The notes under the pieces were generated by a model. That model did not search any database, was not told the origin of the DNA, and saw nothing but the letters and a program-made list of their open reading frames with translations. A stretch of 64,000 bases of DNA from Amoebidium appalachense (Eukaryota > Protista > Ichthyosporea), in the NCBI GenBank assembly GCA_963693365.1, contig CAVNZM010000002.1, positions 5,596,259-5,660,258 of the forward strand. Direction: 5' to 3'. Below are positions 1 through 16,800 of the stretch, in pieces; the stretch's first letter is position 1; every line of letters starts with the position of its first letter. The position numbers and the translations under genes are program-made.

Positions 1-212
1 GGCCTTCGAGGTCTTGATGGATGTGAACGGCTCATTTGCGCAAAACCATCACGTAGGGACCCCCCCCCCCCCCCCCCCCCCTCCGTCCCCCCGATTCTTT
101 TATGGAGGCATACCATAACATGCCCCCCCCCCCCCCCCCCCCCCCCCCTCCCCCACCCCCCTTTAATGATGGACTCTATCAAAGTGTATTCTACCAACGC
201 TTTGTTTGTCCA

Positions 213-249
<37 letters not shown>

Positions 250-488
250 TGGCTCTGCATCAGTGACGGGCACATTTTTTCTCTAATGCCCCCCCAGTGA
301 AACAGTATCTGAGTTGGGTTTCGTTAACGACGGGAATAGGTCGAAACTCGGGTACTGTGGATGACGTGGGCCCCCCCTGAGGATGGGCTCTGCTTATTAT
401 GCATACTCTTTATGTATGGCTTGCATTCTGCATCGTGTTATCCGTTTGTTCTTGTGTACTTCGTACTTTTTGACGCATTCAAACCCCC

Positions 489-519
<31 letters not shown>

Positions 520-1055
520 AATAAAATAAAAAAATAAAAAACCACCACCACCACCGTCACGCCCAATCGTGAAAAAACCCGTATGAGATCTCTGAATGGT
601 GGTGGCGCGTGGATCCTCACAGAGAAAGGATATTCGTTGCATGTATTACCATCAGGGTTTGGGTGTTTGTCTGTATGCTGGGCGGTCTTTTTGTCTACAT
701 TTTACATCGAGGGCACTACCGTACACTGTGACCACAGTGCCCACTCAACAACTAGACGCCTTATTAGGAAGATTTCAAAGGTGTTAAACCACATTGATAC
801 ACTCTTTGCTCTATGTTGCTACTCTGACTTGGTACCCTACCACAGAACCACAATGCCAGCGACTTCATGACGTACCACTACTGCCACGGCCCAGCACGGG
901 ACATGATTGCACAGGGCGGTCATTTTGGCATCCACTTCCCGGGCCCAGACAAGGTCGGCATCATGCACGAATACTACAGCGAATGGCTGCAGACTCTGCC
1001 TGAGAATGAGCGACCTACACAGTACCTCAACATGAACTTCACCCCGTTGGAATGA
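1..1055 (+). CDS. 3' end of a spliced gene, probable glycosyltransferase (GT34 / GMA12-MNN10-like C-terminus); exons <1-52 and 846-1055
   Basis: Donor CAC|GTAGGG at 52/53 and acceptor CCACAG|AAC at 845/846 join in frame: AFEVLMDVNGSFAQNHH-NHNASDFMTYHYCHGPARDMIAQGGHFGIHFPGPDKVGIMHEY...TPLE*. The spacing of DFMTY and GHFGIHFPG..K resembles the FNSY...GDF.xHF.G..K segment of GT34 enzymes. The family call is from motif resemblance only. Confidence 0.45.
296..483 (+). mobile_element. 5'-truncated solo copy of the Penelope-like element pLTR, intronic
   Basis: Near-identical to 48026-48213 (one substitution seen, ACGACGGG vs ACGAGGGG). It ends GACGCATTCAAA followed by a C-run, and a C-run also lies upstream. 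Confidence 0.95.
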
Positions 1056-1488
1056 ATGTAGGTTTATCTTGTTTATTGTGTATATTTAGGATTAATATTA
1101 GGAAGAATGTGGATTATCATGTTTTTATGAGATTCCGATGAATATTTATAACGGGAAGGGTCGATGTCTACAAATGTAAATAACTGTTCACCTGCAAGAT
1201 ATGCCAAGCTGAGCGATTCAATTATTTGAATGCGGAAGTTCATCCCGCAGTGAAATTCAGAAGACAAATATCAAAAACACGGTTCCCCGTGCTGGATATG
1301 TTCACCCCTTGGAATCTACACGGCATGTTATCATACCTCTAGTCTTCAATGGCCACAGCTGGTTGTAGCCTCCCACGGGGGGGGGGGGGGGGGGAGGGGG
1401 GGGGGGGGGGGGGGATGATGGCAAGTTGTGTGTTGGTGTGTGTGCCGCATGATGCCCCAGCACAATGTTCTGTGTGGCACTGTGCGAA

Positions 1489-1543
<55 letters not shown>

Positions 1544-1616
1544 CACTTTATGTGTCAGTGTTTTGACAAGCGCAAGCGTGTTGTTTGTATGTGTGTGCGT
1601 AACATGTGTGTGTTCA

Positions 1617-1648
<32 letters not shown>

Positions 1649-2522
1649 GTGTCTGTGTGCGCCTCGCTCGATGCAGGCTGAGTTGTGTGTATGTGGTGCG
1701 GAGGGTCCCAGTGCCTAATTAGTCTCCGGGCCACTTAAGCTTGTGTTGTGCGTCCACACATGTGTGTCTTCTTAGACCATAACATGTAGGTATGTGTGGT
1801 ACAGTACGAGTATGCCGTGCAGTGTGTACTGTTGTTAGCAGTGAGACACATGCACAACAAATTGCACACAGTGTGCGCCAGAGACAAGGGGGAGAGGGGG
1901 AGGGGTTCCTGGAGGACATTTAATAGACAGCCTGAGGTGACGGGTGCGAGGGGGAAAAGTCGGTGAAAACGCCGGTGTGACTCGCAAAGGAGACTACATG
2001 TGCACGTTCGGATAATTCAGTTAATGGCGCTGCACACACTAAAAGGCTTGAGCATCCATGTATACTTTGTGAACGTGTCCGCGTACGTATACGAGTACTA
2101 CTAGTACACAATAAGTCGTCATTTGCCGCCTGTCTCGGAAATAACGTGTCTGTGTGTGTGTGTGCAAAAGCATATATATGCGCGTGAGCCCAGCTTGCGC
2201 GAGCGTGTCAGCATCTATCTGAATCTTAAGCTTCTGGCCAACTGTTCAGTGTGCGTGGAATATGACACTTGCCGCCGTTGTGTGTGTGTTTCAGCAGTGT
2301 ATCGATGTGAGCTTATCGGTATGACTTATGTTCATGCGTGCAGGTGCTCGTGCAGTGTCGACTGTGCACCTGGTGCACAGTTTGTGAGTGATACTGTATG
2401 CAGCCTGTTGTGCATTCATGTGTGCGTGTGTGATGTTGTACATGTAGTTATAATTGTGCGTTTGTGTGTGCGTGTGCGAGTGCGCGCGTGTGTGCGTGCG
2501 TGTGCGCGTGCGTGTGCGTGTG

Positions 2523-2581
<59 letters not shown>

Positions 2582-2623
2582 TGTGCGTGCGTGTGTGTGT
2601 ATACTACGTACGCACACACACGC

Positions 2624-2714
<91 letters not shown>

Positions 2715-3200
2715 CACACAAAAACACCTACCCTCCGCCCCACCCCTAACTAACACACACTATACAAACCCTGGCAGTGTCACACCAATGGTTAATAGGA
2801 GGCTACATGCTACTTTTGGGTTTTGAGACCTTTAGTGAAAATTTGTCGGTTTTTCCACATACATTTTGGGGAAATCTATTTCTTTTTTAATCAATAGAAC
2901 TAGATCTTAAACTAGAAATGTGCAGGCTTTAGACCCTCTCGCTTTTGAACTAAAACAATTTTTTTAAAAGTCATATATCTCGACTCCGCTGGTGTTGCTA
3001 AAACATGCCTGGTTTTTCGTGTTTGCATGGTGTAATGGGCCAGTCACTTGAGACAGAATTGTTGTAGAATAAATTTTATTGTGAGGTCATTCGGCTCATT
3101 GAGGCCCGGCTTTATGTTTAAAAAGGCAAAGCCAGAATACAAACATCCCGACTTGCTTTGAAGATTTAAAGATTACCCGTTCGGTGACGTATGCCTGCTG

Positions 3201-3561
3201 TGAATATGCCACCAGGGTCTTTGAACTTACATAACAGTAACTATGTACACGTATATGTCTTGTCTCCTGCTCAGAATCTTGACGGCCTACATCATTACAG
3301 AATACAATTCAAAAAAGATCAACACAGCAGGCATACGTCACCGAACGGATGCTATCAGCATAATCTTTACTCACTATATCAAGTATCTTCAGAATGCAAA
3401 GTCTCATTTGTCATAACAAATTATACAGCTATTTACAATGAAAATGCCACCAGGGTCTTTGAACTTACATCACAGAACGATGCACACGTATATGTCATGT
3501 CTGCTGCTCATAATCTTGACGGTCTACATCATTACAGAATACAGTTCAAAAAAAATCAACA
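3201..3561. repeat. Diverged ~124-bp direct repeat pair (3201-3324 and 3439-3561)
   Basis: Both copies read ATGCCACCAGGGTCTTTGAACTTACAT...AATCTTGACGG.CTACATCATTACAGAATACA.TTCAAAAAA.ATCAACA. They lie immediately downstream of the stop codon at 3574 on the minus strand. Confidence 0.9.
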
Positions 3562-3573
3562 TAGGAGAGAAAC

Positions 3574-4011
3574 TTAGGGAGTAAAAAGCTGCTCTGTCAA
3601 ATCGTCGTCGATCTCATAATCTTCCCTGCCAGTGGGACTAGTAGTTTTTCTGTTCTCGTTTGTTGTGTCCTGTTGGGTGGTCTCCTCAATCGATGTGGCG
3701 GCTTGCGTATTAGTGGCTGAATTGTTGTCATCTTCACTCAGGGCTGACGTGTTGTTCGTGTCGTTTGACACTGCAGCTGGAATGGTCGCCGTGGTGTTGC
3801 TAGCCACCTGAGCTTCATTTGAATGAGTGGAAGCATGTGTGGCACTCGCACCGAACGAAGACAGTCGCTCTTGAACTTCTTTCTCTCTTTCCTCCCTGAA
3901 CGACTGGCCGAGGGGTTGAAGAGCGTCTGCCGGCAGAGCAATCGTTTCCGACCGTGCCGGCCGAGCCGGTGTTTCTTTCCGTGGCCGCTTGTTGAGCGAC
4001 GTCGTCATCAT
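3574..4011 (-). CDS. Low-complexity Thr/Asn/Ser/acidic ORF (145 aa), probably the frameshifted C-terminal tail of the methyltransferase gene
   Basis: Non-microsatellite ORF with a KRPRKE NLS-like motif. Its ATG overlaps the TGA of the methyltransferase frame (ATGA, 4008-4011). Confidence 0.45.
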   Translation of the reverse strand: MMTTSLNKRPRKETPARPARSETIALPADALQPLGQSFREEREKEVQERLSSFGASATHASTHSNEAQVASNTTATIPAAVSNDTNNTSALSEDDNNSATNTQAATSIEETTQQDTTNENRKTTSPTGREDYEIDDDLTEQLFTP

Positions 4012-4214
4012 ACCTGGCTGCGTACCTTGGCTGACGGCATTCGTACGGACGTAATCGTTTCATATAGTCGTTCGTCGATTTCAAACCCCACAACGTCACG
4101 ACGTTCCATGGCTGCTGCTTCAATCACCGTGCCAGTTCCCGAGCAGAGTGACAGCACTGCCCTGTTTGGTGGGCAGTGCCTACGAATAAGTGCCCGTTCC
4201 ACGTTTACGGGTTT
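4008..4214 (-). pseudogene. Orphan exon encoding the SAM-binding half of an N4-cytosine/N6-adenine DNA methyltransferase (N6_N4_Mtase, beta-class motif order)
   Basis: After a pyrimidine tract and acceptor (CCTTTCCCTCCACAG) the frame reads KPVNVERALIRRHCPPNRAVLSLCSGTGTVIEAAAMERRDVVGFEIDERLY. This parallels the family consensus (HPTQ)KP..L...LI......G..VLDPF.GSGTT..AA....R..IG.E.D..Y (motifs X, I, II). No upstream DPPY/SPPY exon was found in the window. Confidence 0.75.
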
Positions 4215-4267
4215 CTGTGGAGGGAAAGGAGGAGAGTAATTAGACAATGGGAAGGGCTCGCGCTCGA

Positions 4268-4450
4268 AGTGACTTGGGTGCTAACATTTCTAGTGCCCAC
4301 TAGAAAGGGAAATGACTTGAAAGCTGAAGGCTTACACATGAGATGAATTACTTGCTGATTTTTCTAGTTGTGACTTGAAATGTCGTCACTTTTGTCTGGA
4401 GGTTAGGATTTCTAGTTGAAACTAGAAAATGACGTCATTCTGACGTCATC
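4268..4450. promoter_or_regulatory. Array of palindromic sites: three TTTCTAG-N6-CT(A/T)GAAA 20-mers, TGACTTG repeats and two TGACGTCA palindromes
   Basis: TTTCTAGTGCCCACTAGAAA 4287-4306, TTTCTAGTTGTGACTTGAAA 4361-4380, TTTCTAGTTGAAACTAGAAA 4409-4428; TGACGTCA at 4430 and 4441. Function is inferred, not shown. Confidence 0.6.
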
Positions 4451-4653
4451 TTAACGTGAGGCTGTGTGGGTGCAGTGGTTTCACGTGATGCACAGGAGGG
4501 GAAAGGGAAGTCTTGCTGTAATAAAAAGAGGCCACAGACTATGGCTTGTGAGGAAGGGGGACGAGTAAAGAGGATGAGGAGGGGGCTGTTGCCGTACGGT
4601 GTACCATTATGAGGGAGGGGGATGGCCGGGTGTGTGTGTGTGTGTGTGATTGT

Positions 4654-4757
<104 letters not shown>

Positions 4758-4778
4758 TGTGTGTGTGTGACTGTGCAT

Positions 4779-4859
<81 letters not shown>

Positions 4860-4862
4860 TGT

Positions 4863-4945
<83 letters not shown>

Positions 4946-5465
4946 GAGGTGGTGGGCCGGGGCTGTGTGCATGTGTGGTGTGTGTGTTGTTTTGTGTGGG
5001 TAAACGGAGAAGCAGAGAGCACAGATGGGTGTTATGTTAAACACAACTCAGAGACCCACGGGAGAAACACAACCGGAGAGGTGGAACGATTTCTGGAACC
5101 ATAGGAAATGAATACGACTGCTTGATATTTATTTCAGGATGACATTCCCTTTATACTTAGGAATGTGAAATCGATAAGCCAATCAAAAGAACGAAAACTC
5201 TATTATCCAATCAGAAAGACGAAAACTATGAGGGTAAAATAAATCGATCGAAATGCCTGTCGACACATTGGAAAAATATATAAGTATTTGGGACGTAAGC
5301 AGAGACACAGTGGTGCAGTGTGAAAACACCACAAACACACAACAACAAAACACGGAACGATCGGAGCAGTGTACACAACAGACATCAATGTTTAGACACG
5401 ACTGAACTCAATTTATTTTGATCTTCGAATAAATACCTGAAATTCCTTTAAGTCTAATCCATGCA

Positions 5466-5489
5466 TGATTTCCGACCAGTCGGAAATCA
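5466..5489. repeat. Perfect 11-bp inverted repeat
   Basis: TGATTTCCGAC-CA-GTCGGAAATCA. Confidence 0.8.
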
Positions 5490-5602
5490 GATCTGTCTCT
5501 AATAGAAACCAATCACTAAAACCAATTGCTTTCAGAGAGATCTGGTACGAGACGTACAGAGACGTACACGATAGGGTACGTATAGCTATAGCTGTCTATA
5601 AA

Positions 5603-9452
<3,850 letters not shown>

Positions 9453-10166
9453 ATTGAAGGCCGTTAAAAAAGTTGATTATTCTTATTTTTGTAACGTGGC
9501 TACGGGTGGGGATCCGGACGTCAATTGCTTTTTTGGCTTTATATGATATTGGTTTGAGGCAAGGTTAGCACGTAAACCTCCGAGGCCGTCCGTCTCGCAA
9601 CGGCAGAGGCTGAAATTTGGTAACTGGCGGGCGTGTGTGGAGTAGCTGTAGTGACCAGCAAAGCTTTTCCAGACATGGGACCGTATGTACAATACAGTAT
9701 GCAGTATGTAGCAGCTCTATTTGTTACTGTATGGTGCATTCTTGTGGTGCGTGTCTTACTAATCAGCGTTGCGTAATCCTGAACCAGGTGGTGTCAGCCA
9801 ATCGGATCAAGCCTTTACTACCAATCAGATTGCGCATCGAACTTGGTCCATTTTCACGCGCCTATCGATCGACGATCATGCGAAAAAACACGTGTACATA
9901 CGCATATATGTGGCGCAAAAACGTGGTCTGAAGAAGACCGATGCCCTTAGAAGTTGTCAAAGAACGGTACATCCTCGAGAAAGAGAGGGAGGAAAGAGAG
10001 AGAGAGAGAGAGAGAGATAGAGAGAGAGAGGAAGGGGGGGGGGGGGGGAGTGATAGCACATGTATACAGTAGAGAGAGAGGGGGGGGGGGGGGGGGAGGG
10101 GGAGGGGGAGGGGGGGGGGGGAGAGGGGGTGATGACAGCTGGAGAGAGGAAGAGAGAGAGAGAGCC

Positions 10167-10257
<91 letters not shown>

Positions 10258-11458
10258 TAGAGTCGAGGCCTAGTAGAAGAAGATCTAGAGAGAGGGGGGG
10301 GAGGGGGGAGGGGGGGGGAGAGAGAGAGAGAGAAGAGAGAGAGGGGGGGGGGAGGGGCAGAGAGAGAGGGGGGGAGAGAGAGAAGAGAGAGCTCGGGGGG
10401 GGGGGGGCAGCGAGAGGGGGAGAGGGGGGAGGGGGGGGGAGGGGGGAGGGGGGGGGGGGGAGAGAGAGAGAGAGAGAGAGAGAAGGAGGGAGGGAGGGAG
10501 GGGGAGAGCGAGAGAGCAAAAGAGAGAGAGACCTAGAGAGAGAATTTGAGAGAGCTCATGACAAACACGGAGAACCCCACGTGTAGTAAGCAAATGCGGG
10601 CCGGCTGAGAGGTACGATGATATTGAAACGAGTGTTGCCTTTTGTCTCGTGCTGTAGTGGGACTAATCATGGGCCGTAATCGATGGTCCAGTCACACATA
10701 CTCGGCCCATATATATAACTCCACATCCACGTGCAAATGCACACACACACGTCACCCACCTGTGTATACATACGCACGGTACAAAGCTGGAGTACCATGT
10801 GCCCACAAATCCTTGCATACACACTCCGTGGCCCTTGTTATGGCAGTCCAACTGACATCCCTCCGCTTTCATGCACGCAAGTTGTTGAAACACCATCCAT
10901 ATAGCTCCACATAGCATTTATTGCCTGCCTTTGCTCAATCCCGGCCAGCCGGGTTCCACGAGACATAACAGGCCCTTACCTACCACTTGGGGGGGACTGT
11001 CTGCACTCAGTTTCAGAAAAATAGACAGACGCCGAAAACCCGACGCAGAACCAGATACGACATAAACATGAACAAAAAGACTAGAAAGGACTGGAAAGGG
11101 CTAGTGTTGGACCACAACTCTTCTGTACAGTTCGAAGCCAAATTCATATGCATCGCAAACTTTTTGCGTACTGTACGAGATTTTCACCCGTAGTGCCGCA
11201 CGCTCGCAACTTTTGCTTAGTTCATCTTTCCCCCCCTGCTAAACACAACCATTCACACACGTGCACCTATAGACCCCATTCATCAACACGAACAGATTAT
11301 GGGTACGATCGGCAAGATAGTTCCCTTCCTGCGGGTTTTTCGGTGGACAGGACAGCTACTCCTCAGATGCGGGCTCGGCTTTTAGGGCCCCTGAAGGGAT
11401 TAGCGTGTTTGTCAGCTAATGAAACGGGAAATGAAGGAAACCCAGCGAAGACAAGCGC

Positions 11459-11515
<57 letters not shown>

Positions 11516-11819
11516 ATGCGCATGTGTGTGTTCTTGTCTGTGGCTTGAACCCCGCAGAGCACCGCCATGGACATTCAGAAAACGTTGTGCACACTTGCAA
11601 TATCAAAATGGGCCATGACAGTCAGGTGCATGGGTGAATACGGAGGTGCACAAGGATGCAGCAATGGCTGCAAGTCACAAAGGCATGCGGAGGTAATGTG
11701 TTTGTGTGCGGCGATGATGCGAGATATGCACTGGGTTGGGCAGGTGGAGAAGGGAAGGCTAACGTGTGTGTGTAGTGGTGGTGAGGTGATATGAGGTGGG
11801 TTGGGTGACATCATTTTTT

Positions 11820-11853
<34 letters not shown>

Positions 11854-12035
11854 TGCGCGCACGTGTGTGCCTGCCTCTAGCCGGAATGTAATGTGTGCAA
11901 AGCAGAAGCCGTAGACCTGTGCCAGTATTATGACAGGAATATGGAACACACGCCCACACATCTCTCTCTCCCCCCCCCTTCCCCCACCACTGCCACCCCA
12001 CACCCACGAACACACCCACATATTCACGTAACCCC

Positions 12036-12066
<31 letters not shown>

Positions 12067-12259
12067 ACCTCTCCCTTCCCCACCCGCGAAAAACCACAAC
12101 CACCGCCCCCACATCCACGTACACCTCCTCCCCCCCCTCCCCCCTCCCCTCCCCCCCCCCCCTCGACCTGAAATCCCGACCATCCACCCACCCGCCCCCA
12201 TCCCGCCCCCTCCACCACCCCCACCCACCCACCCACACCCTCACACCCCCACCACCAAC

Positions 12260-12741
12260 CTTGTAAGCATCCACGTGCACGTTAACAGCACGGCCAGACG
12301 GGTCAGCCATCTTAGCAAAAGCCTCATCCCATGCAATAGCCACGGGGGTACTGCATGCCACGGACGGGCCGCCGGGCACAGTCTCAATGGCGCAGCGCTC
12401 GGGGAAGTGTGTCTCGAAGATGGAGCGGTAGAGGTAGCCCTCCTTGGTGGTGGGCGTGTTGTCGGGGAACCGGTGCTTGGCGTTGGCAAACTGGGCATCG
12501 GTGATCACCTGTGTGTGGAGAAGAGAGGGGAGGGGGGGGGGGGGGGGGGGGGGGGGGAGGTCAGAATGTTTCATTGGGGTATGAAGCTAGAGAAATAGAT
12601 GGAGGGAGTGGGGAAGTTGGGAAAAGGGGGGGAGGGGGAGGGGGGCATTTTTTCGAATGTGCTGTAGAGGCAAGTACACATTCACCAGAAACCCACAGGC
12701 GGATGTGCAGGCAGATGTGCAGAATAACTGTACAGAATGAT

Positions 12742-12777
<36 letters not shown>

Positions 12778-13837
12778 GTGCGTGTGTGTGTGTTTTGGGG
12801 GGGGGGGGGGGGGGGGGGGGGGATGATGTATGCCTCAGGTGATCGCACGCAAAGAACGTTCAATGCACAGCATGATAAACAAACCAGCATAGAAGCCTAA
12901 AAACACCAGCAGACACACATACACACACGCACCTTCTCGGCGTGCTCCTTGAGCCCATCGATCCAGCTGTAGCCCACACCGTCAGAGAACTGCTCCTTCT
13001 GGCGCCAGAGCACCTCGTCCGGCAGGTACGGGTTGTCGGGGGTATCAAATGCCTTGCGCATCACCCACTTCTCCATCTTGCGCCGCCCGTCAGCGTCAGT
13101 TCCACCAATCAGCTTGTGTGCGGGGTCCATCCCCATGGCAACGTGGAGGAATGCCTGGTCAAGGAACGGCACACGAGCCTCAACACCCCATGCGCTGGTT
13201 GCCTGTGTGGAAGGGGGCGGAAGGGAGGGGGGGTAGGGGGGTGGGGAGGGGGAGGTTAGAATGAGGAACATGGTAGGAGGCATAATTACACAGCTGGGAA
13301 GCAAGGTGCAGAACACAGGACCCAAAATAGCATGCAAGAACAGACATGATAGCTTGCAGACTTAGCGACGCTTAGTATGCAGCACAAGGGGGGGGGGGGG
13401 GGGGGGGGGGGGGGGAGTATGCGAGGAAGGATACGAAGCAAGCAATCATGAAAATCACGTACAAACAAAGGACCAAAGCAAACAACAGAGCCCCAAAACA
13501 CACCAAGAGGGAGAGGGGGTTTATTATCAAACCTTGTTGGCGCGCAGGCAGTCGTACATGTACAGGGCCTTGAGCTTACGAATGGTCTCCTTCTGGAACT
13601 CCTCGCGGTTGGGGGCCTTGTGGAAGTACAGGTAGCCCCCAAACACCTCGTCGGCACCCTCCCCAGACAGCACCATCTTGACCCCCATGGCCTTGATCTT
13701 GCGCGACATCAGGTACATGGGCGTGGACGCACGCACAGACGTGACATCGTATGTCTCGAGGTGGTAGATGACGTCAGAGAGAGCGTCGATACCGTCCTGG
13801 ACCGTGAAGGTGAACTCGTGGTGCCTGTATGTGTGTT

Positions 13838-13887
<50 letters not shown>

Positions 13888-16800
13888 GATGGGAGGAAGG
13901 AGGGAGAGGTGAGGTAAGTATTTGTGAATGAATGTGTGTAAACTTGTGTATGGATGTGTGTCTGTAGGAGGGGTGGGTTTACTTGTGTGTGGAGGCGTGT
14001 GCGTGTATGTGTGTTTGAAGACAGGTGGATGCGTGTGGAAGGGTGACTGGGCGCGGTTCTTTTAACGGACAGAGGAGAAAGCTGGGGAGGGGAGGAGGGG
14101 ATGAGGAACCTTGTGTGTGTGGTTGTGTGAGTTTTGTGTGTCACTGTGTGTCAGTGGCTGTAGGTGGGTGTGGAGATGTGTACATAGGATGTGCTGGTGT
14201 GCATGCACTAAACGGGGTGGGTGGGCGCAAGTGGTGTTGGCTATGGAGAGTGGGAAGAAGGGAGAGGGGGGGGAGGGAAAGGTGGAACAGTCAAAAATGA
14301 GGCGTGTGCACCTCGTGGTATTTTCTTCACACAACACATGTGGTGGTAGTACCGGATTCCGCGGGGGGGGGAGGGGGGGGGGGGGGGGGGGAAGGGGCAG
14401 ACAGGTGTATGGTGGTGTGAGTAGGAGGTCGAGAAAAAAGGGGTGGAGTAAGGAGCCAAGCATCACATTGAAAGAAGCAGGAAAAGACACAAAAGAGCTC
14501 AAAAGAACAGGGGGAAAAGAACAGGGGGAGGGCAGGGGAGGCAAAATCAAGGTAGAGGTGGAGAAGGAGGGGAGAGGGGGCTGCAGGAGAGGATGTGTGT
14601 ATTTGGGGGGGGGGGGGGGGGGGGGGGGGGGGCAACAACACACCTGGTGCCCAGGAACTTTGCGACCTTGCGTGCAGCAAGCAGATCGGGGGACTCCTTC
14701 AAACCCACAGAGAAAGAGTGGAGGGGCCACCACGAGATGGAAGACTCCTCCATGTTCAGTGCCGTGAGCTTTTCCTTCACCAACCGCGACGCAACAGACG
14801 CAACAAGAGAAGAGTCCAACCCGCCGGAAAGGAGCACGCCGTATGGCACGTCCGTCATCAGACGCTTGGAAACCGCAGCAACAAACGTGTCGTGAATGGC
14901 CTTAAGGTCGAGGGGCGCCTCGGGCGGGATGTATTCGGGGTTCCAGTAGATGGGGTTCCAGTAGGAAACGAATTTGTCCGTCTTGCTATCGTAGTAGTGA
15001 CCGGGGGGGAACTGCTCAAACGTGATGCAGTCCTGGTGGATGGCTTTGAGCTCAGAGGCAAACCACATCGACCCGTCGCCACCGCGGCCGTAGTAGAGGG
15101 GGGTCACACCAATGGGGTCTGTGTGTGTGTGTGTGTGTGTGTTAGTGTGGAGGGGAGCGGGGGGGGAGTGGGGGGCGGAGAGGGAATTTGTGTGTGTGCG
15201 GGGGAGGGGGGGGGGAGGGAAGGGGATGGGTGGAATGATCAGTTAGAAGGCAGGAAAAGGGCGAGAGGCCCATGCCCTGGGAGACGACATTGCAGGGGAG
15301 GATGTGGAGGGACGACGGGGGGGGGGGGGGGGGGGGGGGGGGGGACGGGGGAAGAAGAGGAAAAAGCAAGAGGTAGGAGAGGTAGGGATGGTGGGAATCA
15401 TTCCATTGAAAAGAGAATACGAAGGGCAGGATGGTTGCAAGGAGGGGATGGAGAGGGGGGGGGGGGGGGGGGGGGGTTTGAATGCGTCAAAAAGTACGAA
15501 GTACACAAGAACAAACGGATAACACGATGCAGAATGCAAGCCATACATAAAGAGTATGCATAATAAGCAGAGCCCATCCTCAGGGGGGGCCCACGTCATC
15601 CACAGTACCCGAGTTTCGACCTATTCCCCTGGGGGGGGGGAAGCAAACAGCTCACATTGTCCATATGTAGATACAGGTAATTTGTACTTGGAAAACACGG
15701 AAATTTTCGAAAGTGAAGAGAATAATGTAGCCCCTCAAAGATTTCCGCGTAGGTGAAAGAGAAGGAGCGGGAATGGCGTGGAGTGGTAAGAGAGAGAAGC
15801 AGGGGAGTGAAGGGCCGGGGGGAGAAGTGGAAGGACCAGTAGCATGTGCCAAACCCTGAACCAAACATTGCAGCAACCAGAAAAATTCAGGTAACAAAAC
15901 ACTGTCGAACTGAATGCCAAAAGGGCAAAAATGAAATGGGTGTACGAACTCACTCACCAACGGTGTCAACAGTATGACGTTTCTAGGGTGTGTGAACATG
16001 TGTGGCGATGGTGTGTGCAGACACGTGCACCTCATAATGCGAAAACCGCACGAAAAGCATAAACGAATACGTGTCTCCAAGTGGTTGTCAGCATTCTAAG
16101 TGATATCCTAATGCTCACCAATACGTGTTTCGGCATGTCTCTTAGTTCCCGGGAATGTATGGGAGTATCAAGTACTTTACGTAGCGTATGTGTAAGGATG
16201 TGCTGGTAGGATAGGCACATTAAAGAAAGAAGAAAGCAGAAGGCAAAAAAATGCTATAGAGGGGCTTACTGAGAAGCAGGTTTAGTGTGCCCCGAGAGGT
16301 TGGGAAAGGTGTTAGAGAAGGAGTTCAGAAGATGGAACTGGAAAACGAAAGGTCGAAGGAGAAAGGAGTGGGTAGTGGAATGAACCAAAAGGGTATGGGG
16401 GCAAACTGAGAGGCGGAGGAGAATGGAAGCACGGGAGACTGAAAGGGGGAGAAGCGGAGCAGGTGGGTGTGTGTGTGTGTGTGTGTGTGTGCAACTTAGA
16501 CACGATGAAGGGGTGGAAACCTACCCCGAGCAGCCAAAAACTCGCCAGTCTTCTCATTGCTCACAACGAAGCTGAACATGCCATCAAGCAACTTCACCAG
16601 GTCCGTACCCATTCTCTCGTACATGTGCACAATAACCTGTTCACGTGCAAGGGAGGGACTTGTAAGAACCAAAATATGCCCAAGGATGCAACAGTAGAAG
16701 AAAGAGGTGACCAGGTCGTGCGTGTTTGCTGTTCTGAAAAGGTGTGGTTTTGGTTGTAGTTCATGAAGCACAACCACTTCCAACTAAACGAGCAAGGTCG

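Noticed and set aside
4545-4585. LILFTRPPS as a decayed methyltransferase motif IV (FTDPPY)
   Set aside because: Both catalytic positions differ, it lies in pyrimidine-rich sequence next to a microsatellite, and I found no splice path to the MTase exon.
10605-10651. Hammerhead-like CTGAGAG...GAAACGAG...CTCGTG
   Set aside because: The core is CUGAGAG rather than CUGANGA, the cleavage triplet would end in G, and stem I is missing.
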